This document shows positions 35,901-48,100 of a DNA stretch of 64,000 bases, in pieces. The notes under the pieces were generated by a model. The model had not been told where the DNA came from and searched no databases. It saw only the letters and a program-made list of their open reading frames with translations. The position numbers and the translations under genes were made by a program. Origin of the DNA: Lama guanicoe (taxonomy: Eukaryota). Position 1 is the stretch's first letter. Each line of letters starts with the position of its first letter. The stretch is from positions 4,925,514 through 4,989,513 of the forward strand of contig MU054117.1 in the NCBI GenBank assembly GCA_013239625.1. The letters run 5' to 3'.

Positions 35901-37779
35901 TCTCTGGCCTGGAGACCTCGGTGGGTGGCAGGCAGGAGGGAGGAGCCTTCTGACCTTACCCACTTCACCCCAAAGGGCGAGGGACCCCTGTCTGCCTGGG
36001 AGTCCCCCGACCCCCTCCCACCTTCCTCTGATCTTTCTCCGTCCTTCACCTCCTCTCTCTGTCCTTCACATCCTTCCTGCCGCCCTCCCTGAGTCCCCAG
36101 CTCTTTCTTCCTGAACCCACCCCCGGGGCCTGGGTGGGTGTGGGTGGGAAGGGGGTCCAAGGCTGTAGGAGAGGGTGTGGGGGGGCGCTCCTGACCAACT
36201 CCCTCCACCTCCCTCTGGCTGGCCATTGCCATGGCAACTAGGGTGTACTGGGCTCCCAGGGAAGACAAAGGTGGGGGATGGACTAGGACCTCTGAGGGAG
36301 GGCAGGAGTCTAAGGTTCTTCCATAGGAAATAGACCCTCCCACTGATGTGCCCCATTCTTATCCCTTTTACCCCATTATGCCCATCCTTCCTGCTTCCAC
36401 TCTGTTCAGGGTTTCACCCCCAATTTCCTCTTAGCCCCCTTCCCAGGGCTCAGTGAAGCCAGGAATCACCAAAGGCAGGACATCCTTCTTCCCATCGGAG
36501 GGAAACTGAGGCTGGGGCAGGGGAGGAAAGAGTGGGGTCCTACCAGGGGGAGTCTGAACCCTAGTGAACACTGGGCTTTTCTTCTCAGCCTCTTTATTCC
36601 CTGCTCCCTCCCTCCATTCACCTCCTTCTCCCTGCAAAGCCTCCTCTCCGGGGGTCTCTGGGCTTCTCCTTCCATTTTCAGATACTCACTTTGCCCCTTC
36701 TTTTTATCTCTTCTGCTCAAACTCTCCTCCTTCCCCCCTAGTTTCCCCTCTTTCCATTTCTGGATGCTTCTGATGTCAGCGGTTTCCCTGTCTTTGGGTT
36801 CCCTAGCCACCCCCCTCCTTGGTCCCAGCCTCCTTTCTCCTGTCTTCCCAGATTCCCAGTGAGTGGGAGGGTGATTGTGCAGGCGCGGGGAGATGGGGCT
36901 GAGCACCAGGACCACTGGACCCAGGAGCCTGGAAGGTTGGGGAGGGGCTGTAATATCACATCCCAGTTTCCTATGAGTCCTCGAAGAGAAACAAGTCATG
37001 CCTCTGCCATCCATAGCTCTGAAGAAAGATTCAGGGATGAAGACAACAGTTGAGTAGGACTGAGCAAGGGACAGAAGGAGGGACCTGGGAGCCCCAGAGG
37101 GAGGAAAGATGGCTGACAAAGGATGGGAGACAGGAGGTCAGAATAAGTTCTGGAAAGCGGGGTTCTTATCTGTGTAGGGTGTTGGAGTAGCCATCTGGTT
37201 TAAGGCAGGAGAATGACCCTGTGACCCCTAGTAACCAGTCATTTCTATAGTTTCAAGAGAAGGGAGACATTGGGAACCAATGAGAGAGCAGCCTAGGCCC
37301 CATCTTTCCCCTCCCCCTCCTACATCTCATCTCTCCCTTGCAGTCTGTTCAGGCAGCTGAGCCTCCCCCCACACACACCCCTGGGGGCACCCAGAAGAGC
37401 CCTGATTGGTCAAGAACCAGAGGAAGAAAAGACTTGGACGTCCTGGCATGGGGACCAGGTCTCTGCAACCAGCCTCACAGCTGGGGAAGCAGTCAGCTTG
37501 CCTCCCCCGTCAACTGTAGGGTTACTTCAGAAGGGGCCCCACCCAGTATGGAGGCTGAGGACGACCTCTGCTGACCCTCAGTCTCCTCCTCTGCCTGCAA
37601 CACCTGACCTTAACTGGGTCAGACATGCAATGCTGAGCCGCAGGGTAGACCAAGGGGCAGCCTGCCTCACTCCCAGGCAAGGGTTGTGGGCATCATGGGG
37701 GTGTGTGTGAGTGGGGCTCCTGGGTGAGACCTAGCCCCCACCCCCAGGAGTTCGAGGGGGGTGGGGGGACTGAGGAAGG

Positions 37780-40700
37780 ATGGCTCGGGGTGGGGCGGGG
37801 GCGGAGGAGGCCTCCCTTCGTTCAAACGCCTTGTCCTGGCTGGCCTGCGGGCTCCTGGCACTGCTGGCCAATGCCTGGATCATCCTCAGCATCTCAGCTA
37901 AGCAGCAGAAGCACAAGCCGCTGGAGCTGCTGCTCTGCTTCCTGGCGGGCACGCACATCCTCATGGCGGCCGTGCCCCTCACCACCTTCGCGGTGGTGCA
38001 GCTCCGGCGCCAGGCCTCCTCCGACTATGACTGGAACGAGAGCATCTGCAAGGTCTTTGTGTCCACCTACTACACCCTGGCCCTGGCCACCTGCTTTACG
38101 GTCGCCTCCCTCTCCTACCATCGCATGTGGATGGTGCGCTGGCCCGTCAACTACCGCCTCAGCAACGCCAAGAAGCAGGCGCTGCACGCCGTCATGGGCA
38201 TCTGGATGGTCAGCTTCATCCTCTCCACACTGCCCTCCATCGGCTGGCACAACAACGGAGAGCGCTACTACGCCCGCGGCTGCCAGTTCATAGTCTCCAA
38301 GATTGGCCTCGGCTTTGGCGTCTGCTTCAGCCTCTTGCTACTTGGGGGCATTGTCATGGGGCTGGTCTGTGTGGCCATTACCTTCTACCAGACGCTGTGG
38401 GCCCGGCCCCGGAGGGCTCGGCAGGCCCGGAGAGCGGCGGGCTCGCTGGACGGCTCCGAGTCGGCCAAGACATCCCTGCAGGTCACCAACTTGGTCAGCG
38501 CCATCGTCTTTCTCTATGACTCACTCACAGGGGTGCCCATCTTGGTGAGACTGGGGTCCCTCCACCTGCTCTCTCCAATACCCAGGCCCCAGCATGATCA
38601 CCTGACCTCCAACTCCATCAGCCACACAAGCAGCTTCATCATCTATCTTCCCTCCTCTCCCCAACCCCACTGCATTTGTGAGTCCCCATCTCCGTCATCC
38701 ATCTTCTAGTTTCCATTACCCTCAGCTCTGTAGCCTGTTCTCCAGTTACCAGTACTCAACTCCATCATCTGTCCTTGGGTTCCACTCCCTGTCTTCCGGC
38801 TCCACCATCTATCCTGCAGCTCCACTATTCAGTGCCCCAGACCTATCATCCAGCTGCCAGGCTCCACTCTCCGCTCCTGAATTCCCTCTAGACACAACAG
38901 GATCTTGAGCACTTCTGGTGGCAACCCCAGAGAGCTCACCCCACCCACCCCAGCCTTCTGCATCCTCATCTGGTCCCTATTCCTGAATTTCAATCTGTCT
39001 TCAGGTTTACTGTACCGCCTCTGCTCCCTCCCTCTGGACCCCAGGGCTCTGTTCCCAGTACTGTCTCCTGACCTTCCTCTGAGTCAGTCCCTCCCACTTT
39101 GTTCATCGTCTTCATCCTTCAACTTTGCCTCTGTCGCGATCCTATGTACACTGAGCCATCCCCTCCTGACTTCTTGCCCCCCAGCTACATTGGGATGTGG
39201 GATCTGGGGTCGAGTGAGACTCCTCAGCTCTGGGCCCTGACCAGGGCCTCTCCTGTCCTTCCGCCAGGTGGTGAGCTTTTTCTCCCTTAAGTCGGACTCC
39301 GCTCCCCCATGGATGGTGCTGGCTGTGCTGTGGTGCTCCATGGCACAGACGCTGCTGCTGCCGTCCTTCATCTGGTCCTGCGAGCGCTACCGCGCCGACG
39401 TGCGCACGGTGTGGGAGCAGTGCGTGGCTATCATGTCCGAGGAGGATGGTGACGACGGTCAGAGGAGGGACTGGGCTCTTACTTTCCTGGGCATCAGCTT
39501 CCTTTCCTGACCTTTTCTAGCCGCCCTTCTCCGTGTGGGGATGGGCTGCCCTGGAGTGCCCCCTGCTGGACAGAACCTGTGCTGCCCCTGGGCTGATTCC
39601 AGGCTCCCCTTTTCCCAATCATCACCCTTATGTACACCCACTGCTTCCTTCTGCACTGAGGGCTCCCTCCACTGGGGGTCAGTTCCCTCTGGAAGCCTAC
39701 ACTACCCAGCTCTGCCTCCAGAGTCCCAACACAACCATAAAGGAAGGATGTGAAACAAAGGGGGAATCTAAGCTTCCTGAAGGACCCCCCCCCAGCTATA
39801 GACAGCTTCGGGGGGGGGGACTGTCTCAATTAAGTGTGTCTGTATGTATGAATGACTAGGGATTCAGCATTGGACACTACAGACATTAGCCACTCTTGCT
39901 TTCCTCTTGGAGTTCACAGACTAATGGGAACAGGAAGATTCCCTGGAGGAGCTTAAAAGGGGGTTGGAGCTTTTAAAGGGGAATGGGAGGTGTGCATTCG
40001 CTGCCTGTGACCACTCTGCCCCTTTTCTCTCCTAGATGGGGGCTGTGATGACTATGCAGATGGCCGAGTATGCAAAGTTCGCTTTGATGCCAACGGGGCC
40101 ACAGGACCAGGAGCCAGGGACCCCACCCAAGTGAAGCTGCTGCCTGGAAGGCACATGCTCTTTCCCCCTCTTGAGAGGGTCCACTACTTACAGGTATGGG
40201 ACTAGACAGTACACTTCCTGTCCTAGGTACTTTTCTCCAGTCTGTTACCCAACCCCCTCCCCCATTCCCTATTCCTGGCCTGCAGGGCACATTAGGGGTA
40301 GGTGAAAGGAGGATGTGGTGAAGGAGGCTCCTCTTCAGGCCTCTCAAAACCAGGTTTGCCCAACAGAAGATGTTTTGCAAAAGTTTAAGGGGTGGCGCCA
40401 TCTTGCAGAGGAACCCCACTTTTGTTCCTGCCTCTAGCCGCTTGTCCCTGCAGCACCTCTGGGTCTACTTGCTCTTCTCCCCAGGTCCCTCTGTCCCGCC
40501 GTCTGTCCCACGATGAGACCAATATCTTCTCTAATCCTCGGGCACCAGGCTCCTTCCTGCACAAGTGGTCATCCTCTGATGACATCCGGGTCCTCCCAGC
40601 CCAGAGCCGGGCCCTAGGGGGCCCTCCTGAGTACCTAGGACAAAGACAAAGGCTGGAGGATGAGGAGGAGGAGGAGGCTGAAGGTGGGGGGCTGGCCAGC

Positions 40701-41033
40701 CTCCGCCAATTCCTGGAGGGTGGGGCTCTGGGGTCAGGTGGGGGACCCCCACGGGGTCCTGGCTTCTTCCGTGAGGAGATCACAACCTTCATCGATGAGA
40801 CACCTCTGCCTTCTCCGGCTGCCTCTCCAGGGCCCTCTCCTCGCCGGCCCAGGCCGCTGGGCCTCTCACCACGCCGACTCTCCCTTGGGTCCCCTGATAG
40901 CAGAGCCATTGGACTTCCTTTGGGCCTAAGTGCAGGGCGACGCTGCTCCCTGACAGGTGGTGAGGGGAGTGCGAGAGCTTGGGGAGGATCCTGGGGCCCA
41001 GGTAATCCCATCTTCCCCCAGCTGACCCTGTGA
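37780..41033 (+). CDS. GPR162: Orphan G protein-coupled receptor 162, 553 aa as spliced here
   Basis: Exons 37780-38544, 39268-39457, 40036-40193, 40485-41033; [24 protein letters not shown]...[10 protein letters not shown]; seven hydrophobic segments; ATTAAA at 41225-41230. Confidence 0.97.
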
Positions 41034-42124
41034 ATCCAAGAGGACCTGCTGGACTCAGAGGAGGGGGCCTGGGTGGGTAACACCTCGATCCATCACTGAG
41101 CCTGGGGCAGCTGCCACCAGACTCCGGGGAGATGGGCACTGGATCTGGGGCCCTGGAACCCCTGCTGTCTCCCATCCAAGTGACCAGATGCCCTAATCGC
41201 CTCCCATCAACCCTAGCAAAATGTATTAAAGTCTGAAGTGTTACCATGGAAACCTCTGTGTCCAGTGTGCTATGGTGGCAAAGGGATGGTCAGAGGCTTG
41301 GGGGTGGAGAGGCTCACAGAGGACAAAATAGAGCAGGGGCAGAGGACAGAGGCACAGAAATACTCACAGAGAAAGCCAAACAGGCAGACGCACAGAAACA
41401 GGCTTACGACAGCATGCTGAGCTGGGGTGGGGGGGGGCATGGGGAGAAACTTGGGGTTTTGGGGTGTGAAGGATCTTTGTTGAGTTCTGTAGAGATGCTT
41501 GTAGAGTAGGTCTCTATCTCCCATGCCTCAGCTCCCCTCCTTGCTCCAAATCTACCAGCCCACTTGGAAAGGCTTTGAGCAGATGGTGTCACAGGCCTGG
41601 AGTTTACCCTCCTCCCTGCTGCTTTCTGAAGCTCTTTTTCCAAATGTGTGTGGGGGTGGGTAAGTGTGTGGGAGGCACGCACACTCCTTTTTCTGGACCC
41701 AGGAGTGCAGGGGAACAGAGCTGCAGTAGCTACTCCCACCCCGTGGGCCTCAGGGGTTGGGGTCAGGGATCTAAGTGGCTCCTCACGCTCTCTCCTGAGC
41801 ACCAGGCCTGCTCCAGCGTCAGCTGTCTGCCCGGCTCCCTCCACGGTCCGTTTCCCGTCCCGCACTACCCGCTGGTCCGAAAGCCCGCGTTCTGGAAGTT
41901 CTGCCCGACTTCCCCCGACTCCTGTTTCTCTCTCATACCGGCCTCTCCCGGGGTTGGTTCTCAGCCTCATCAGCTCCCTTCGGCGACGCTCATTCCTGCT
42001 CTCTTCCTCTCCTCCCTCCTCTCCATCTCTCCTTCCTTTCCCCTCCCTCTCCCTTCCCCCTTTCCTCCCTCTCCCCCTCCGCTCCCGCATTTCCCTCCGG
42101 CAGCCGGCCGGCCGCTCTGGCATC

Positions 42125-45100
42125 ATGCTCCGGCTCCTCCGGTTGCTCCTGCTCCTGCTGCTGCTGCCTCCCCCGGGGTCCCCCGAGCCCCCCGGCCTGG
42201 CCCCGCTGTCCCCCGGGGCGCCTCCTCAGGCCCCCGACTTGCTCTACGCGGACGGACTGCGCGCCTACGCGGCGGGGGCCTGGGCGCCGGCGGTGGCGCT
42301 GCTGCGGGAGGCGCTGCGGAGCCGGGCGGCGCTGGGCCGCGCGCGGCGGGGCTGCGGGGCGGGCTGTGCGGCGGAACCGGGGACCGCGCTCCCCGCCGCC
42401 CCGGGACCCGACTCCGGGCCGGGAGCGGCGTGGGCCTCATGGGAACCGCTGCTCCTCCGCGCCGCGCTCCGCCGCGCCGAGTGCCTGACCCAGTGCGGGG
42501 CGCGCAGGCTGGGCCCAGGGGGCGCGGCGCGGCTGCGGGTGGTGAGCGCGCTCCGGGACGCCTTCCGCCGCCGGGAGCCCTACAACTACCTGCAGAGGGC
42601 CTACTACCAGGTGCGCGGCGGCCCGGCCCCGTGGGTCCTCCCCGCCCGGCTGCCGTCCTCCCCCCAGCCTCCTCCCTGCTCCCCGGGAGGGGCCGCGCGC
42701 CAGTGCCCGGACTCGGGTGGGGCTGTGTTGATAGGACCTCTCCTTGGGAGTCGGTCCTGTCGAACTGCGACAAACAAGCACCCATCGAGGTGGCAGAGGG
42801 ACAACCTTTGGAGTGTGGGAGCAAAGTTGGGATGGGGGGCATGCGGCGGGGTGGAAGCAGATCGAAGATGGAGGGCAGGGGCCTGACGGTTTAGGAAGTC
42901 TGACTGAGACCTACGTGGGGTGACAGCCGCCGCTTCCCAGGAATGAAGCGGAGCGAGCAGGGGCGTAACGCGCCGCTGGAGAGAGAGCGTGGGGGCTGTG
43001 GTGGGGGGTGAGTGAGTGGGAGCCTTCGCTTGGGCTAGCGGGGAACTCGGAAAGGGAAGAAGACGCGGACGAGGATAAGGGGCCGCGTGTCCAGGGGCGG
43101 GGGCAGTGGACACTGGCAGCTTCTGGTACGGTAGCTTCTGGCTGCGAACTAACGCCTACGTGGCCGGGGAAGGGGGGCGCTGGTCACACGCACCTCAGCT
43201 CAGGGTCCTAGAGACCTGCGGCTTTTGCTGGCCGCTCAGGTCACCCTGGCTTCCCCACCTCACTTAACCATCATTTCCACCTAGTCTCCCAAACTGAGGC
43301 CCCAGGTTCCTCTGCCTGTATCCCACCCACTCCAAAATCTTTAGACCCCCCCTTTCCTTAGCTACCAGACTCCTGAGAGTCCTAACATACTGGGGGTCTG
43401 GAGGTTGGGAGGTGGGCACTTCTGACCAATAAGTCTTCAGAAGGCTTTGGGGCAGTGCCAGGTGTGTCTAGGGTTGGGGTGGGCTGGTGAGGGGGCAGAG
43501 TCTGACACCCCCACCTCAGGGCTGACTCCCTCATCCTTCCCGCTTCTCAGCTGAAGAAGTTGGACCTGGCAGCAGCTGCAGCACACACCTTCTTTGTAGC
43601 AAACCCAACACACCTGCAGATGCGGGAGGACATGGCTAAGTACAGACGAATGACTGGGGTTCGGCCCCAGAGCTTCCGGGACCTGGAGACACCCCCACAT
43701 TGGGTGAGACCCTCAGCATCGCCCCAAGCCTATCCCGAGCCTCTAACTGGCTGGGTAGTGGACTGTGGCCCTGTCCACTGGGCATCAGGAAATCTGGGTA
43801 CTGTCCTCGGTGACCCTGGATGGGGAGTCCCTCTCTGGGACTTCGTTCTGTTCCTGAGGATCACTAAAGCCCTGTGTCCCAACATTCTGATTCTGAGGTT
43901 CGCCCTTGTATTCCCCAAGGACTGGGGAACAGGGACCCGGAGTCCAGGCCCCAAAGGGGACCAACGCCCCTCCCCTTCTTTCTACCTCCCAATCTCCTTC
44001 GATACCCCCTCCCCCAGGATCTCAGGTGACTTACCACTCCCTCCACAATAGGCAGCCTATGACACTGGCCTGGAGCTACTGGGGCGCCAGGAGGCAGGAC
44101 TGGCACTGCCCTGGCTAGAGGAGGCCCTGCAGGAGAGCCTGGCCCAGATGGAGAGCTGCCGGGCTGACTGTGAGGGGCCTGAGGAGCTTCAGAGGGAAGA
44201 AGACGAGCAGGAAGGGACAGGGAGCCAGGGGGGCCTCTATGAGGCCATTGCAGGTACAGAGCCGGGAGTGCAGGGGTGCATGGGGGGAGGCGCGTCACAA
44301 GCTGAGTGGCTCAGGTGTGTCTCCCGCAGTGCACTGGATTCGGGTCCTGCAGTGCCGGCAGCGCTGTGTGGGGGACACGGCCACACGTCCTGGTCGCAGC
44401 TTCCCTGTCCCCGACTTCCTGCCTGGCCAGCTGAAGCGGCTGCATGAGGCCTATGCTCAGGGTCAGTTGGGGAAGGGTGAGCCCGGGGGATGACTAGGGT
44501 TGGAAACAGGGAGAGTGAAGGTTTCTCTCTGATGGTACCCTAAGCCCCCTCTCTCCATCCCTCCATCTGTCTCTGCATCTGTACTTGGTCAGGGCTCCGC
44601 GGGGACCGTCACCTTGGGAGGACTCTAATTTGCTCTCCTTTGGCACCGTTGTGGAAAGCCTGGGATGGGGTCACAGGGCTCCTCCTGCCCTTGCTGCTTC
44701 TCACCCTCCTTTACTCTCTCCTCTTTGCCTCCTATCTGAACTCTGCCTGCGCAGCTCAGGTATGTTCCAGGAAGCTTTGGAAAGAAGCAGTGGATGAGCC
44801 TGTCTGCGGGTGGGCTGGGGGCTGTGGAGTCGGTTGGCACTGGGGACCACCTTCTCCGGCTCTGCCTCTGTCCCGCTGGCTTCTCGCCTCCGCCCAGGGA
44901 TCGCTGCGGCACTGGGTCTGTGTGCCCCGCCCCACACTGTTGCTCTGTCTCCAGTGGGGAATCTGTCCCAGGCTGTGGAAAATGTCCTGAGCGTCCTGCT
45001 TTTCTACCCGGAGGATGAGGCTGCCACGAAGGCTCTGGACCAGTACCAGGCCCAGCTGGGAGAGCCAAGACCCGGCCTCGGGCCGAGAGAGGTAACTGCC

Positions 45101-48100
45101 TCCGCACTACCCTGTGAGGTAGCCCCACGTCAAACAGATACTTGAGAGACAGCACCTGGAGCCCACCCCCATTCCCGCCAAAGGCCACCCCGAGCCCAGC
45201 ATCTGGCTTGTCTCCACTGCCCGCTCCCCACTTAGACTCTCCTTTTGAGTCCAAGCGCCAGCCTGGCCCCTCCCCTTAACCTCACTCCTGCCTGCCCCCA
45301 CCTTATGCACGAGTGCACACACATGTGTGCACACACTCACACACATACACGCTCCCCCCTCAGTCTGAGCCCCGACACCCTGAAGCTGCTGAGGGAGGAG
45401 GGTTGAACCGGGGGGGGCACAGCCAGCAGTAGGGAGCCTGGGGCTCCTCCAGCCGTAACTTCCTGCACCCCCACCCCCGCCTGCTCCCTGTGTCCACCCA
45501 CCTCAGGACATCCAGAGCTTTGTCCTTCGATCCCTGGGGGAGAAGAGACAGCTCTACTATGCTATGGAGCACCTGGGGACCAGCTTCAAGGATCCTGTGA
45601 GTGACCCCACTTCTCAGGAGGGAGACAACAGTGATGCCCTACGTGGATGTATCGCATCAGGCCCCCCCCAACAGCCTTTCCTATTTCTCCACAACCCTGT
45701 GAGGCCTGAGAGGACACTGTGTCCCTGGGTCACAGGGACAGAGGCAGGTGCCTGTCGTTAAGGGTGGTTTTGGGGTCATGCGGGCCTCTGTGTTGGTCTC
45801 TCCTCTGCCACAAACAAGCTCTGGACCTTCACTTGGCTCAGCCTCAACTTCCTCACCTGTAAAATGGGAACAATCACACTTATCTCATAGGGCTGCTGAA
45901 GCCCCGCATTGGCTTCAACATCTCTGCTGCTGCTGCTTTTATTACTCTTCTTCTTGCTGCTGTTTTTATTGTCATAATGAGGGGAAACTAAAGGGCAGAG
46001 GTGAGTCTCGCTAGTACTATAGCATTAGGCAGGGCTTCCCAACGTTTTAGTGCTACTGACATTTTCAACCATACTTTCTTATTGGAGAAAAGGGACGATC
46101 CTGGAATGTGAGGCAGCCAAGGCCAGCTTCTCTGACTTCTTCCCAGTAGGTGTCGCCAGTGCTCCCTGAGTCATGAACATCAGCACTGTTTGCAGACATA
46201 GCAGTGTCCCCTGACTGGCAAATCTCCCTGTTTGGGAACCGCTGGCTCAAAGCGTGGACTCTGAAGCTAGTTTAAATCCCGACTCTGTCCCTTACCAGCT
46301 GTGTGACGTGATCATGTTACTTTATGTCTTTGTATCTCAGAGTCCTCAACTGCAAAATGGGCACTTTAACACTGCCTGTTTGAGGGGGGAGGGTATGACT
46401 CAAGGGCAGAGTGCATGCTTAGCATGCGTGAGGTCCTGGGTTTAATGCCCGGTACCTCCTCTAAAAATAAATACATACATACATACATACATACATACAT
46501 GCATACCTTCCCCTGCCACAAACAACAAAAAGCAACAACAACAAAAAAGGAAAAAGTACTTGTTTGATAAGCCTATCGTAAACTTTAGATGACAAATCTC
46601 ACTTCCATGTATAAAGCTCTTAGACCAGCACCTGGCCAATAGAGACCTGCAAGTGCTATGTTGTTGTTGTTACGTTATTAATATTGTTATTACAGAGTTG
46701 GGCCCAGTGTCCAGGGCTCCCGACAGTGAGTCCAGGGCTTTCCCACCTCCACCTTCTCCTCTGGAAGCAGGAGGACCTTCATGTGATTGTTCAGAGTCTA
46801 CGGTCAGGGATTCAGGGGTGGACTTGATGGGTGATGGTGCTTTTCCTGACTGTCCCAGGATCCCTGGACCCCGGCAGCTGTCATCCCGGAGGCTCTTAGA
46901 GACAAGCTCAGGTAGGAGATGCCTGTGTCGGGAGGGGCGTGGCCTGAGCTGGAAGAGGATGGGAGGGGCCCAGGGAGGCCGGATCTGGGGAAGATGGGTC
47001 TGGCTGGCCTGTGCCTCCACTGAGCATATCTCTCACCCCTGAGAGAGGATCAGGAGAAGAGGCCGTGGGACCATGAGCCTCCTCAGCCGAAGCCCTTGAC
47101 TCACTGGAAGGGTGAGTTCCTGGGATAGCAGGAGGCAGGAGCCCAGAGAGGCTGGGGCTGCCCTCAGGGGACCCTCAACCCCCTCTGCCCCATCCCTCCC
47201 CTGCAGATGTCCTCCTCCTGGAGGGAGTAACCCTGACCCAGGACGCCAGACAGCTGAATGGGTCTGAGCGAGCAGTGCTGGATGGGCTGCTCACCCCAGC
47301 CGAATGTGGGGTGCTGCTGCAGCTGGCCAAGGTGAGGAGACCTGTCAGTCGGTGGCATGGTGGCTGGTTGGGGACCCTCAGGCACAGCTACCTTCTCTCT
47401 GGCTCGTGGCCAGCCTCCTGTCCTGCCGTCTCTGACTCCCCAGTGGGGAAATGGTTCTTGCCACTGTCTCACTGCTGTGGACAAGTTCCTTTTCCTCTCA
47501 ACTTAGCTGACATGGGCTGGACATTTTACAAAGGAATTTTCCTAGAAATTGACAGGAAGAACAAAACAAAACACAGAAAGGCGTTAAATAGGGGTGAGTG
47601 CTTGGTTGGCTGGGAGCTTAGTTACTGGCTCAGCCGCGGGCGCAGCAGACACACAGCCTTCTTCTCCATCATCGCATCCCCTCCTAGTTTGGGTTGAATG
47701 ATCCATATTCACCAGGCTGAGTCTGCCATTTTATGAATCTTCGGTCGTCATCCTGGGCTAGTATTCGTTCAACACTCACTCTTTGAGTGCTTGCTGTGTA
47801 CTAGAAACTCCTAGGTTCCAGAGAGGTAGACAAACACAGACCGTGCATTCAGGAGCTCAGTGTATAGAGAAGGAATTGGACGTGGAGACACACAATCAGA
47901 GTGGGTGATGAGTTTGATAAAAGAAGTATGTAGTCATCCAAGTAGAAGCCCTGAGATGCAAAGTCATGGAAGGTTTACGGGAGAGGGTGGCATTTGAGCT
48001 CCGTCTGAAGGTTGAGTGAACCAGGCAGAGAGGGAAGGAAAGTCAGGCTGCGAGGGAGCAGAATGAGGGGGGTCCTGGGAACGGCAGTGGAGCACAGGAG

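Noticed and set aside
34868..36114. 312-aa and 294-aa ORFs upstream of GPR162
   Set aside because: Non-ATG starts (one inside the TG microsatellite) running through the CpG island; compositional artefacts.
41575..42894. 439-aa + ORF and antisense ORFs overlapping P3H3 exon 1
   Set aside because: Low-complexity Pro/Ala/Gly/Arg frames expected in a stop-poor CpG island; non-ATG start; the real frame starts at ATG 42125.
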